Shown in pieces: positions 63,969 to 64,000 of a DNA stretch of 64,000 nt (position 1 is its first letter; every line of letters begins with the position of its first letter). Made by a program: the position numbers and the translations under genes. Location: positions 10,448 to 74,447 of the forward strand of contig CALCXF010000017.1 in the NCBI GenBank assembly GCA_937907685.1, written 5' to 3'. The stretch comes from an uncultured Nostocoides sp. Lineage in GTDB: Bacteria; Actinomycetota; Actinomycetes; Actinomycetales; Dermatophilaceae. The notes beneath the pieces were generated by a model. It was not told the DNA's origin, made no database searches, and saw only the letters and a list, made by a program, of their open reading frames with translations.

Positions 63969-64000
63969 CCGGTCCGAGCTGTCCGCGCCGGAGCCGGGGC

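Overview
High-G+C (about 70% or more by eye) actinobacterial chromosome segment. It is densely coding, with about 60 protein genes. I can recognise no rRNA, tRNA, CRISPR array, transposase or integrase. Content is mostly core metabolism. (a) An alpha-glucan/trehalose block: glgX, glgP divergent from a translationally coupled glgE-treS-mak(pep2)-glgB operon, pgm, a MarR/beta-phosphoglucomutase/GH65-phosphorylase unit, and a Tat-signal GH15 enzyme. (b) Acyl-CoA and ethylmalonyl-CoA-type genes scattered over the window: etfBA, crotonase, thiolase, meaB, methylmalonyl-CoA epimerase, ccr, a tandem-duplicated 3-hydroxyacyl-CoA dehydrogenase, a MeaA/Ecm-type B12 mutase and a PduO-type adenosyltransferase. 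(c) Housekeeping genes iscS-mnmA, nucS and atpC-DUF2550. The gene order (atpC-DUF2550-PduO ... nucS ... mce-thiolase ... thioredoxin-like ... glgB-glgE/glgP) resembles what I remember from mycobacteria, so this looks like backbone rather than an island. Several things are not explained by the gene list. (1) A family of 63-90 bp palindromic repeats at 3 loci, two of which bracket a single DUF559-type gene. (2) At least five independent head-to-tail tandem duplications (24, 27x3, 43, 100 and about 125 bp); two of them break reading frames that are restored exactly by deleting one copy. (3) A DUF1272::PNPOx-like fusion divergent from a MocR regulator. (4) An ABC system with one degenerate ATPase and a 1054-aa double-FtsX permease. 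(5) A non-atp gene directly upstream of atpC. I did not find a clear-cut novel multi-gene system such as a defence island. The best follow-up candidates are the repeat-bracketed DUF559 cassette and the uncharacterised membrane/lipoprotein/YbbN/esterase/esterase/ATP-grasp cluster. All family calls come from reading the translations by eye; no searches were run.
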